A stretch of 64,000 nucleotides of DNA from NCBI RefSeq assembly GCF_001194135.2, contig NC_068984.1:45330694-45394693 (forward strand), given 5' to 3'. Under the pieces are notes generated by a model. The model made no database searches and had not been told where the DNA came from. It worked only from the letters and a program-made list of their open reading frames with translations. A program made the position numbers and the translations under genes. This document shows positions 52,260 to 64,000 of the stretch, piece after piece (positions within the stretch are counted from its first letter, which is position 1; each line of letters begins with the position of its first letter). The stretch is from Octopus bimaculoides (Eukaryota).

Positions 52260-53400
52260 GGCTAGTGCCTCCTCAATTTGACTGTAGTTTTTTTCGGCCG
52301 CCAACAATGAATGCGCAACATGAGTGATGGGTTTTACGCATCCATTTTCATACTTCTGTAAAATTACCGCTCCTATACCACTTTCGCTAGCATCTGATGC
52401 TACAACTGTTTTTAAATTTGGATCAAAGTGCGATAATGACAGTTCTGATGTTAAAACTTTTTAAATTTCTTCGAACGCTTTTTGACACCTGTCTGGCCAA
52501 TACCATTTTACATCTTTTTCCATAGGTTGTTTAGGGATGCTCTTAGCTCATGCATGTTTGGTATATATGTTTGGTAATAGTTCGCGAGCCTTAAGAACGC
52601 TTGTAATGCTGTAATATTTTTCGGGATAGGTATATTTTTTATTGTCGTCGATCTTGAAGGATCTGACCTGCGACCATTTTTATCGATAACTTGCTCAAGA
52701 TACGTTATTTCTGGCACGAAAAATTCGCATTTTTCCTCGCTAAGTTTGAATCTGTACTCCTTTATCTTCCCAAAAACCATTTTAACATGTTCCTCATACT
52801 AGCCTCTAGACTCACTTTTTATGAGTATTCATCCAAATATGCTACAGTGAAATCCATATCTGCAAGCATCGTGTCCATCACTTGTTGGAAAATACTAGGT
52901 GCTACTTTTATGCCGAAAAGGAGTCGACTGAATTTATATAAATCTTTATGAGTGTTTATCATTTATAATTTCGAACATTCTTCCTCGACTTGTAACTGTA
53001 AATACGCCTCCGACAAGTCCAATTGAGAAAAAAAGTTTCCCTCATTAAGTCTCGCAAAAATTTCCTCTGGTAGCGGATAATTGTATGTCCTTAAACATTC
53101 ATTCAAACCTGTTGAAAAGTCCGCGCATAACTTGTATTTTATTACTGTTTTTCCTTACATAAACAGTTGGTGTTGTCCATTCTGAATAATTAACTTTTTC
53201 TATAACTCCTATCTAATTCTAGCCTCTCTAATTCCTTGCTGACTTGATTCAATACCGCGAAAGGTACAGCTCTCTTCAGTTTAAACACCAGTACGGCGCT
53301 TTTGTTTTTACTTGAAATTTTACTTTTGTCTTGCTGCATCTACCTAATTCTTCCGAAAAAACATTAGGAAAAACCTTTTTCAACTTCTTTTTAAAATCTT
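52260..53400 (-). mobile_element. Ty3/Gypsy LTR-retrotransposon pol remnant (RT and RNase H), frameshifted
   Basis: Minus-strand peptides include FPNVFSEELG, SEWTTPTVYVRK, CADFSTGLN, FSQLDLSEAYLQ, FGIKVAPSIFQQVMDTM, KCEFFVPEITYL, LQAFLRLANYY and VASDASESGIGAVILQ. Confidence 0.9.
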
Positions 53401-53439
53401 CTGCTGATTATATGAATGATATCTTCTTCACTAGTCTGC

Positions 53440-55520
53440 TACAGTCGAAATTTTCTATCACAACAAGGATATCTTCTGGCTCAGTCGACATTTTGTATCA
53501 CAGCATGGAAGTCTAGAGGTGTCTTTATCTCTTTTGCTGATCAGGTTTTTAGTAACTAGCTCCTGTTTCTGTAACCATGTAGGGGAGTTGTGGTATATTT
53601 ATCGCATGTACACGTTCATAACTTTCTGCTGGCAAGATGAATATTTCTTCTCCAAATCTCTCTTTAGCTAATCCAGCCACCCGTGGTTCACAGGGAACAG
53701 CTTTACACCCAGAATACCTATTCAGGAACTCAACATCACCTAATTTCATGATATTACTTTCACTGCCGGGTATATCGGTCATGTATTGATTTTTCTCTTT
53801 ACTGCTCAGTAGGGAGTGTCTAAGTAACACGATAGAACATTCAAATGCCGCCTGGATTGATCTTATGTCTCAGCCCCCGTTCCTTTGTTTACCATAAATC
53901 CTGTCAGTATCACTGATGATATGGAAGTTATCAGTCGTCGTTGTTATTTTCCTAATCGGATTTCTTCAAGCGTCCAGTCTGTTATCCCAAATGTTGGTAC
54001 TGGTACTGGCACAGCAAAAGCATTGTTGCTGATTGTAAATAACTAACTTACATACCTTCTGAAGTCAGTTGAAATATTTTTTGTCAATGTAGCTCTACTT
54101 ACAGCACCAGCGTATGCAATATGCTTGTCAATTCCGAGGTGTTGGTAACGTTCATCACTGGTTAGAAGGAAGATAAGACAGGCCGTTGGTATCCACATTC
54201 CTTGCATGGTCGACGACCTTACCTGGTTTGATACCAAAACACTTATTCTGATCGAACTCCAATTCAATATCAAAGAAAATGATGGGACCAGTTTTAACTG
54301 ATTCTTGACATTGTGGACAATACTCAAATACAGCTTAACGTCATCAACAAAAAAGATGTAGGTGATATTAATTTTTCTTTCAACTGCAGATCCTATTATG
54401 TCGCTTTTGCATTTCCTTAACAGAGCTGACAAGACGTTTACTACTTAGATGAAAATCCTTTCTAATAAACTGTCACCCTGAAATATAGCTTAATTAGCCT
54501 AATTCTGTTGCGGACTGTAATAGTCGCTTCAGTTCTTATCGATAGTTCCGTGGGTTATGTCATTAGCAGTCTCTATAATCAATGTTATTACATTGATTAT
54601 AGTAGTGGAACTTTGGAAAGGTGTAGTAACTCTATTATCCATAATCTAGCTATACATTCAGCAAGTTTCGGCAGTGCCGTCTCGTTTCCTTGTTGACGAA
54701 GTGCTGCTCGTCCAGTCCCATATTCCTTTTCTTTGACCTCACAAAGTAACTAATAAAAATAAAATTACGATGGTTGTAAGAACTGCCCTCCATCACCCAT
54801 AATAAACTCATCGAATTGCAATTTAAAATAGTTGCTGTTGCAAAGTCTTTTCTGATCCAAAAGCATACAGCTAGTCAGTTAAATGACGGGGCATGATCGA
54901 GAAGCCTGTTCTCTGACAAGCTTGTATCTTTCAATTTGGAATTCAAACTGTAACCATCTCGTTTTCTTCTGTGACCTATAATATTCAGGACTAAAGGAAC
55001 TGGTTTATTCATCTGCTTTCTTTATATTTTTTGTGTTGTTTTGCAACTATATCTCTTCCTTTCCTGGATTTCCGTACCCACAACAGTTGTAAACGACACT
55101 ACTTCCCGTGGTATTTTAGCCCAAAGGAAGGGCTGGTATCAGAAATAGTTTTAGTCTTTATGGCATTATTTCTAGTCACAGTCGATAGCACAAACATTTT
55201 AGGTCAAGTAATGAGGATGCTTTCCGCTGCTGATGTTATTGTTTTAGGGTAGCTTAGTCAATTCTGTTAGTGAGAAAGCATTGAGGTGAAAAAGTTTATC
55301 GTCTATTTTGGAAATGACAACTCCGCCACACAGCATATGATATGATATAGTTTGCTTAAACCCACGCTTCTCACTCCATCGTGAAACGTTTATGAGAGTG
55401 GAAGGTAGCACAGCAATTTGAACACATTCATGTCTCAGGATTTTGTTGATAATTTCAGTAGAAGTGGACAAAGTTATCTGGTCTGTAAATTTTAATTTAG
55501 ATTCTGTTATACTCATTACA
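53440..55520 (-). mobile_element. Non-LTR retrotransposon remnant, RLE-type (R4/Dong/NeSL-like) RT plus CCHC finger
   Basis: Degenerate RT motifs IDY, IFQGDSL, FFVDDVKLY, YQHLGI, AVPV..TFGI..WT and SDTDRIY...GG, followed by a downstream CDTKCRL...EDI zinc-finger remnant. Confidence 0.75.
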
Positions 55521-55556
55521 GGTGTTTATTAGCGTGAGAGTTATTTATGGTATATA

Positions 55557-56724
55557 CGAAGAGAAGTCAAAAATTGTATGCACTTTTGTTTCTGCATTTT
55601 ATTAAAACAAAAGTAGGGCTTGAACAATTATATCAGTCTTCGACATAGCCTCCTGACTTTTTGATGGACTTGTTCCAACGGTCCACAAGCTTGCTTATTC
55701 CATCAGAGAAGGTTTTCGCCAGGTCACGCAGTCAGAAGAAGCAAGATCTAGACTATATGCAGGTTGTTCCAGCGACACGAAACACAATTATTCAGTGATT
55801 TCAACGGTATGGACGGCCGTGTGTGGGTGTGCATTGTCGTGAAACAATAGCACTTACTTTGACAATAGACCTCAGCGTTTGATGCAAATTGCTGGTTTTA
55901 TTTTGTTGGTCAGCATTTCACTGTAGCCTACACCCATAACTGTAGACCCCTCTCCAGGTAATGTTCTATTATAGGTCCTTTTCTGTCTCCAAAAACGGTT
56001 AGCATAACTTTTTTCTGTGGAAGGTTGAGCCTTGAAATTTCTTATTCGCTAGCGATTCTGGGTGTTACCGCTCTATACTCTGGCTTTTAAATTCTGGCTC
56101 AAAGTGATGGACCCGGATATCATCTCTTCTGATTGTTCTGTCCCTAAAAAAGCTTTGCCTTCATCGTTTTAACAATTGCGTTTAGGTGCTTCGGTGGCTC
56201 TCTTGAAACCCATCTTGCACAGACTTTACAGAAGCCAAGCTTGTCGTGGATGATTTCGTATGCAGAACCATGATTAAGCTGCATCGATAGTAACTCGTCG
56301 GTTCACCAGAATCATCTCCCAAGTTTGTTGAATCCTTCACGTCCAGGGTGAGGTTTGATGGGAGCCCTGCTCCCTCTTCGTGCTTCGCACTTGTCCAGCC
56401 ATTTTAAAACTTATTGGTCCACTCATATGCGGCAGATTGCTGTCCCCATATTGTGCTGAAAGCCTACGGTGAAATTTTCAGTGCCAGACACACATTCAGA
56501 CTTGAGAAATCAGATCACTGATCTTTGTTCTTCCTTGGTGCACACTGCCAACCGACTTGTCATGCTTAATCTGTAACACAAGAAAGAAAACTGGATTGAT
56601 CAAGGTCAAACCGCGGACAAGTAACCACAAGAGTACGACCTTTTAGTACGCGACCGCTGAAGGCAGTGTGGACAACCTAAGAAACGTGATTTTGAAAGTG
56701 CGGATAATTTTTGACTTTCCCTTG
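55557..56724 (-). mobile_element. Full-length degenerate mariner transposon
   Basis: 28-bp TIRs (21/28 match) flanked by TA at 55555-55556 and 56725-56726. Transposase start MTSRLAVCTKEEQRSVI at 56563, motifs HDNAHPHT and YSLDLASSD, and C-terminus KLVDRWNKSIKKSGGYVED. Stops and frameshifts present. Confidence 0.88.
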
Positions 56725-57891
56725 TATGAGTGTTGTAAGTGATTGATTCAAACGCAAAAGACTGAGCTTTATGATGGCGCTGTAATAACATACAGTTGTT
56801 TTATTAACATGTCTAGCTGTCTTACATCTACAACTGATGTGTGGGTTGAAACATACTGATGTGTTGTGAATGTGATGTTAAATAAACAGCTAAAAGAAAA
56901 CACTGTCGTCAAAGGAAAACGATTAGAATTGTCTGACATTTGTAATTGAAATTTCAAACTGATACATAACAAGATATTCGAGTATGTTGTTCAAAGTGAT
57001 GCTTAAAGAAACAGTCTCAACAGCGTTTGAGATATTTGAAGAAGAAAAAAAAAAGAATGAATATAACAGAACAGAAGAATAGAAATTAATATTTGAAGAA
57101 ATCTATTTTGAGAAATTAAAATTATTCCAATTCACCGAGTGGAAAATATTTGTCAAAAATACTTTAAAAAATAGGCGTCAGTATAAAAATAAATTACTGA
57201 CGAATTGTAATAAAATCCAAGCCTGATAAAATGTACTAAAAATAATTGTTCTCGCTCAAAATGATCATACGGACTGATAAATCGTTAACAGTGGCAATCT
57301 GTAAGAAAAGAAAGTTGAAGTGAAAATTGAAACCCTGAATACAGACTATGTTTAGGGGAAAACATGCTCATCAGTCAATAAAATCTATAAGGCTATAAGA
57401 CATATCTTTAAAAAGGTGCTCTATAAATATCATGTCACTGAATCTCAGGCAAATTTGTGAACTTCTCGTACAACCATCCAATCCATAAGTTTATTCAAAA
57501 TACTTCGATATTATTTTTCACTTTTTAACATGGTAGCAATCTTTGCTTGAAACTTCAATATCCACATCAAACCTCAAATGATACGAAAAAGAAAGCGCAC
57601 AACGCACTGTCACATGCTTCATACAGAACAATTTGTACATAACAACACAAAAGCGCAGAAAGAACGATCATTGTGACATACGACATCATTCCTGTCACTT
57701 CATGCAGAAGCACCCAGAGGCATAGCCAGATTCTTAAGTTAGTGGGAGCGAACACATAAAAAAAGATGCCGTTACTCACATCAAACAATTTTTAACTCAT
57801 TTCTCTTACATTAACGCGAAATATTTGATTATTTATAATATATATAATTGGATTCTACATTCATTAATTACATGTTACAGTAACAGTGTCA

Positions 57892-57912
57892 TCTGTATAT
57901 ATAAAAGGCAGG

Positions 57913-57955
<43 letters not shown>

Positions 57956-59199
57956 TGAATGTAATTTATGCACGTCAACAAATTAGCACGCATGTCGTTC
58001 CAATTTTAGGAAGACATTTGTCATGACCCTAGCTGTATTTTCGTCAGCTTATTTTTCCCAGAGGCACCAGCGAATAGCAGTAAAAATAAATTTTCAACCA
58101 AAACATTTAACAATTTTCAAGTCGAAGAAATCCACCATTGTTTACAAACAGGAATTAAGTCCCCTTCTAGCGACGAGTAAGTTTCTGTTAAAACTTTTGT
58201 TGCTTTTTTTTTCCATCGAGGATAAAAGTGTTTTGTTGATATACGGGCAACACACACACACATACACACGCACGCACACACACACGCACGCACACACACA
58301 CACACGCACGCACACGCGCACGCGCGAACGTGTATGCGTACAAAAAACATGTATGCAATAGATGTACGTACGTACGTACATGTATNNNNNNNNNNNNNNN
58401 NNNNNNNNNNNNNNNNNNNNNNNNNNNNNNNNNNNNNNNNNNNNNNNNNNNNNNNNNNNNNNNNNNNNNNNNNNNNNNNNNNNNNNNNNNNNNNNNNNNN
58501 NNNNNNNNNNNNNNNNNNNNNNNNNNNNNNNNNNNNNNNNNNNNNNNNNNNNNNNNNNNNNNNNNNNNNNNNNNNNNNNNNNNNNNNNNNNNNNNNNNNN
58601 NNNNNNNNNNNNNNNNNNNNNNNNNNNNNNNNNNNNNNNNNNNNNNNNNNNNNNNNNNCCTGATCACCTCTGCCGATCAAACTCCCAACCCATGCACTCC
58701 CGTCGCGACACTGATTCTGCAGAACCAGCTTTAAAGTTTAAATATAAATGTTTTTGAATCAGCAATATAAGTCCTATTTGGGGTGAAAATCAATAAACTG
58801 ATTCCTTATGGGGTTATCCATTTAATCAGGATTTTAAAAATCGATAAACCAATTCCTTATAGAATTTCCCAATAAAATTGGCTACACCCCATTTTCAACC
58901 ATAACTTTTACCAATTTTGATGTATTTTGTTCAAACTTGATGCCAGCATTACTTAGGACTCATGGGATTTTGAATGCTTTAAGTTCTCCTAAAACGAAAA
59001 ACAAAAAATTGATAAATCTATTCCTTATGGGATTATCCAATCAAGTTGTCTGCAACTCATTTTCAGCCAAAAGTTTACTAATTTCAACGGATTTCGCCCA
59101 AATTTGACGTCGATGTTACTTAATTTGGTTTGAAATAAAGAACTTGATTAGCTTAATAAACCTATCTTAATCCCGGGCAAAACCGGGCGATACTGCTAG
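57892..59199 (+). mobile_element. Non-autonomous Helitron-like element (spans a gap)
   Basis: A|TC 5' end (TCTGTATATATAAAAGG then (TG)n). 3' hairpin CCCGG-GCAAAA-CCGGG at 59172-59187 then CTAG|T at 59196-59200. Internal ATTCCTTATGG subrepeats. The two ends may belong to different copies because of the N gap. Confidence 0.6.
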
Positions 59200-59474
59200 T
59201 TATGTATAAAACTTACAACTACTGATATAGGTAACTAATGAGTTTTTAAAAAAAATTATTGAAAAGGTGTTACTTTTGAAAATTGTGCTCGTGGGGGAGA
59301 GAACGGTCGTTCCACTTGTTCGCCTAATAACTACGCCATTGCAAACACCTCCAACATACATGTCCTAATTTTGACCAATCAACGCTGACTGCGGTTAAAC
59401 AATACAGTAATAACAAATTAATTTTCACCACCAATTATTTTGAGCGCAAAACTCACCGGAGTCCATTTTACCAA

Positions 59475-60215
59475 TCAGCCTTCTGGGCCTAGTGAAATAA
59501 ATGGGGTTATATTTTGTATATTTGTGCGTTCTTTTAAATGGGTATCTGTCACTAGTTTTTCTTGAATCACCGATAGTTCTTCACCAGTTGGAACTTTGGT
59601 AAACAGACTTATCACATCTAGACTCACCATCTGATTAGATTCAATGGGGGTATCCTTGATCAATTCTGTGAAGTGGGTGGAATTCTTCACATACGATGCT
59701 GACTTTCCTGCTAATGGACTGATTATATCCACATGGAAGCGACTCAGTGGATAACATGCTGAATCTCTATAGGTCTTAATGGAATACTATCCTTGTGAAT
59801 TTTAGGAAGACCGTACATGTGTGGTAGTTTACTGTGGTGTTGAGTCAGTTGTCTGTACTTCATTAGGGGTAAAGTGATCCTTGTTCTTGATCAAGATCTG
59901 TGACAACTTCCTCTCTGTTTTCAAAGTTGGGTCTTTCTTTTCTTTACTGTAGCTATAAGACTTGCCAGTTATAAGACTTGCCACTTATAAGACTTGCCAG
60001 TTTTTCCGAGTAGTCAGACTTGTTCATCACCACTGTAGCATTTCCCTTGTCTGCTGGAAGTATTATAATGGAATTGTCACTCTGTAGTCTTTTGATAGCG
60101 AACTTTTCTTCCTTAGTTTGGGAAGTTTCGCTTTTTCTAGTAATGTGCGATAAAAGTTGATCCATCGTTTTGAGTGAAAAATTCCAACGTTTCAGAAACA
60201 AGAAAGAGAATCCTT
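59475..60215 (-). mobile_element. Penelope-like element reverse transcriptase fragment
   Basis: ILPADKGNATVVMNKSDY, MYGLPKIHKDSIPLRPI and YVKNSTHF...MVSLDVISLFTKVP are PLE RT motifs. Confidence 0.85.
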
Positions 60216-60230
60216 CCAGAATATGAATAT

Positions 60231-60883
60231 GCTTTTCTACTCTTGGCACAAGGCCCGAAATTTTGGGGGAGGGGGGCCAGGCTATTACATTGACTCCAGT
60301 ACGCAACTGGTACTTAATTTATCGACCCCGAAAGAAGAAAGGCAAAGTCGACCTCGGCGGAATTTGAACTCAGAACGTAAAGACAGACGAAACACTGCTA
60401 AGCATTTCGACCGGCGTGCTAACGTTTCTACCTGCTCGCCGCCTTCCCAGAATATGAATATTCTATTCTACTCTAGGCACAAGGCCCGAAATTTTTGTGG
60501 GGAGGGGGGCCACCAATTGATTACATCGATCCCAGTACACAACTGGTACTTAATTTATCGACCCCGAAAGCATAACAGGCAAAGTCGACCTCGGCGGAAT
60601 TTGAACTCAGAACGTAAAGACAGACAAAATACCACTAAGCATTTCTCCTGGCGTGCTAATGTTTCTTATTTCTTTATTGCCCACAAGGGGCTAAGCATAG
60701 AGGGGACAAACAAGGACAGACAAAGGGATTAAGTCGATTACATCGACCCCAGTGCGTAAATGGTACTTAATTTATCGACCCCGAAAGGATGAAAGGCAAA
60801 GTCAACCTCGGCGTAATTTGAACTCAGAACATAAAGACAGACGAAATACCGCTAAGCATTTCTCCTAGCGTGCTAACGTTTTT
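60231..60883 (-). mobile_element. Three tandem young SINE family A copies
   Basis: Three near-identical cores (tggtacttaatttatcgaccccgaaag...aggcaaagtc.acctcggc..aatttgaactcagaac). A 15-bp TSD CCAGAATATGAATAT at 60216-60230 and 60447-60461 brackets the first copy. Confidence 0.9.
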
Positions 60884-62400
60884 NNNNNNNNNNNNNNNNN
60901 NNNNNNNNNNNNNNNNNNNNNNNNNNNNNNNNNNNNNNNNNNNNNNNNNNNNNNNNNNNNNNNNNNNNNNNNNNNNNNNNNNNNNNNNGAGAGGGGGGGA
61001 TAGAGAGAGGGGGTGGGATAGAGAGAGGGGAGGGGATAGAGAGAGGGGGAGGGACGGAAGGAAAGAAAGAAAATTTCCTTGGTTGAAGTAGAGAGATAGA
61101 GAAAAAAGTATTCAGCGCAAATGAAAGAAAAGGGAGTGGCTTCAAAAAGAACAGGAAAGAAAATTCGTTAGAAGACAAGAAAGCAAGTGGAAAAGGGAGT
61201 AATGTAAACAAAAGATCTCACAGACGTAATCCATTAACATGTAGACCGAACGTCCGTCAGAACCAGGAAGAAGTATGTAGAGTAAATAGATAAAGAAAAT
61301 GAGAAAAGAAAAAGAAAAGACAAAGCAAAGACATGTACACGTATACAAATATACATACGGAAGACGGAGACCTGGAAGCTCAGAACTAACACGTGTCTGT
61401 ATACGTGGAATCACACGTGACAGCGGTCAACGAGAGTCAATAAACGAAGGGAAACAATCGATAAAGGACAGAGGAAATGAAACAACAGCACAACCACAAA
61501 TTCAAACAACAGGTGGCGTGTGAGATTAAGAGAGAAGAAGGGAAGAAATATACGTCCTTTTTATACAACGATCCTTAGCGATTATATTCAATGCATCATA
61601 AAAGGCGCTCGGAATTCTTTCTCTAATTGACTTAAACGAACGTTTAAGCAGAAACAAAAATACGTTTGTGTCAAGGTATCTCAGATAACCATTTAGTCAG
61701 TGTGTGACTGAAATTCACGTGAAAGGATCCAACTTAAGACACTTTTCTTTCCATTGTTCCTAGTTGTTCGGAATTATATTTGTCAGGTTGCTATCAAGCA
61801 CAGATCGCTTTTAACAAACAATGCTTTGTTTGGCTGTTTGGGGAGGGGGGGTTATGCAGCCAATACGGTATAATCAATTGAGTTGATCTCATTATATTAC
61901 AAATAATAATTTTATTGATTTTTATTTCGAACTTGCAAATGAGAATTACCAAACTAAATGCGTGTGTGTACACACACGACACACACACACACACACACAC
62001 ACAAAGACACATCCACCCGCGCACATACACACGCACGCACACACACACACGTACGTACATACCTACACACTCATACACATACACACACACGCACTCACAC
62101 ATAAATACAAACAATACATCTATGTATTCTTTGCTTTTTTGTGCAGTTATATATGAAGGATTATTCAAATCTTTTTTAGTGGAGGGCTATATTCATTTTC
62201 ACAAGGAAAAGGTTGACTGTAACTTCGAAGTTTCGACATTCTTCAGGTTATCAGATTGATATCATACATACGCATGTACATACGTACTCACACACAGACA
62301 TACGTACATACATATATGGTGGTTGTCTACTCCTTACACAGAGTTTGACCACCTCCTGTACCTACACCTTAGCCCCTTCATTGCTAGTTGAAAACTACTC

Positions 62401-62431
<31 letters not shown>

Positions 62432-62446
62432 TATATACACATGTAT

Positions 62447-62491
<45 letters not shown>

Positions 62492-63289
62492 AAGTTAATT
62501 GCAGAATAAAACCGTTAGGTCATCGACTCAAAAAGCCGTAGCCCACCAAAGACCACATATAAGAAGTACAACATAGACCACAAAACCAAATTAGTAAAGG
62601 GAAGTTAAAATTTTTATACATAAGAATAAAAATCGATTAAAAATACAATAGAATAATATAAATAAATAAACTGCGATTAAAAAGTTGATTAAAAATATTA
62701 GAGACCGGTACAAATACAATAATATATATATATNNNNNNNNNNNNNNNNNNNNNNNNNNNNNNNNNNNNNNNNNNNNNNNNNNNNNNNNNNNNNNNNNNN
62801 NNNNNNNNNNNNNNNNNNNNNNNNNNNNNNNNNNNNNNNNNNNNNNNNNNNNNNNNNNNNNNNNNNNNNNNNNNNNNNNNNNNNNNNNNNNNNNNNNNNN
62901 NNNNNNNNNNNNNNNNNNNNNNNNNNNNNNNNNNNNNNNNNNNNNNNNNNNNNNNNNNNNNNNNNNNNNNNNNNNNNNNNNNNNNNNNNNNNNNNNNNNN
63001 NNNNNNNNNNNNNNNNNNNNNNNNNNNNNNNNNNNNNNNNNNNNNNNNNNNNNNNNNNNNNNNNNNNNNNNNNNNNNNNNNNNNNNNNNNNNNNNNNNNN
63101 NNNNNNNNNNNNNNNNNNNNNNNNNNNNNNNNNNNNNNNNNNNNNNNNNNNNNNNNNNNNNNNNNNNNNNNNNNNNNNNNNNNNNNNNNNNNNNNNNNNN
63201 NNNNNNNNNNNNNNNNNNNNNNNNNNNNNNNNNNNNNNNNNNNNNNNNNNNNNNNNNNNNNNNNNNNNNNNNNNACAACACTTCATTCG

Positions 63290-63600
63290 CTGAGGCCAAT
63301 AGCCAACAAAAGAAGTTCAAGACAAGTAGTACGAAAGTTCAACTACCTGCCTCATGACAGCAAATTTAGTAGGTAAAATCCAATTTCGTAAACAGGAATA
63401 CCGAAGTGCACGGGACAAAACAACAGAACATCCAATGTGTGGCAAAGTAAAATCCATATTTCACCATTCCGCAGGTAACATCATTAAAGTCAAACCAGAA
63501 ACATCATTTACAGTGCATTACAAGTATAGGTGGAATACAAACACAGAACACCTATGGTCATTTCGTGGGTATATCACCGTATTTAGGGCACAATAGAGCC
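63290..63600 (+). mobile_element. Possible degenerate Penelope-type endonuclease-region fragment
   Basis: Weak resemblance (CGK...NIIKVK...FT) to the region preceding PLE GIY-YIG domains; no intact motif. Confidence 0.2.
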
Positions 63601-64000
63601 CTAATTAGTGATAACCCCTTCTTCAGGGTAAAAAGGACACACAGACATCAACGAAGTCGCAATTTTTTATTACCCACAGGGGGCGACATAGAGGGGACGA
63701 TACAACCTTATTTGGGGTCAGATGAAAACGGATGAATTAACAGAAACATGCATTTAAAAATTTTACAATGAAATCGAATTATAATCGGATGATGCGACAG
63801 ACCGGAAGACATTACGGATGGAGTGGTAAGGCGGGTTTAGCACGGACCCCTCGTGCCCCGCCTCGCCACTGATAGCTGAGATGAGTCCTTCGTCTCATTC
63901 ATGTGGTTACATTTATTCGCAACTTTCGTGCTACACTCTTCCATCGACTCTCAAACATTTTCGCAGTCAAGCATTTTCTCTCCAGCTCTACTTTCCTTTT

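Noticed and set aside
53549-53830. 93-aa ORF that looked like a novel captured gene between Gypsy and the LINE
   Set aside because: It continues the LINE ORF: it follows the DRIY...GG thumb motif and leads into the CDTKCRL zinc-finger remnant.
60231-60883. Regularly spaced repeats resembling a CRISPR array
   Set aside because: The units are about 200-bp tRNA-derived SINE copies in a eukaryotic context, with no unique spacers and no cas genes.

Overview
AT-rich, microsatellite-rich eukaryotic genomic DNA with 8 N-gaps. By its SINE/MITE repertoire it is most likely an octopus (cephalopod) scaffold; the taxon is an inference. The only host gene I can support is a + strand Tribbles pseudokinase (TRIB2-like) with three coding exons: 6971-7240, 29312-29604 and 31382-31865 (about 348 aa). 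It has a 22-kb first intron, vertebrate-like intron positions, and an intact LRDLKLRKF loop, HPW motif and DQxVP COP1 motif. A textbook CCAAT/GC-box/TATA/Inr promoter lies at about 4729-4823, about 2.15 kb upstream of the ATG. The gene neighbourhood carries C/EBP-, ATF4- and FoxO-like sites and a Merlin-type hairpin MITE containing telomeric repeats. The right half (about 36-64 kb) has no recognisable host gene and is a transposon graveyard: several tRNA-derived SINE families, RTE and RLE-type LINE remnants, Ty3/Gypsy pol, two Tc1/mariner relics, a Helitron-like element and a Penelope-like RT. Elements from 47-61 kb are strongly biased to the minus strand. There are no CRISPR arrays, rRNA genes or bona fide tRNA genes. 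Most ORFs in the supplied track are microsatellite or N-gap artefacts. TE family assignments come from motif recognition only, without database searches.
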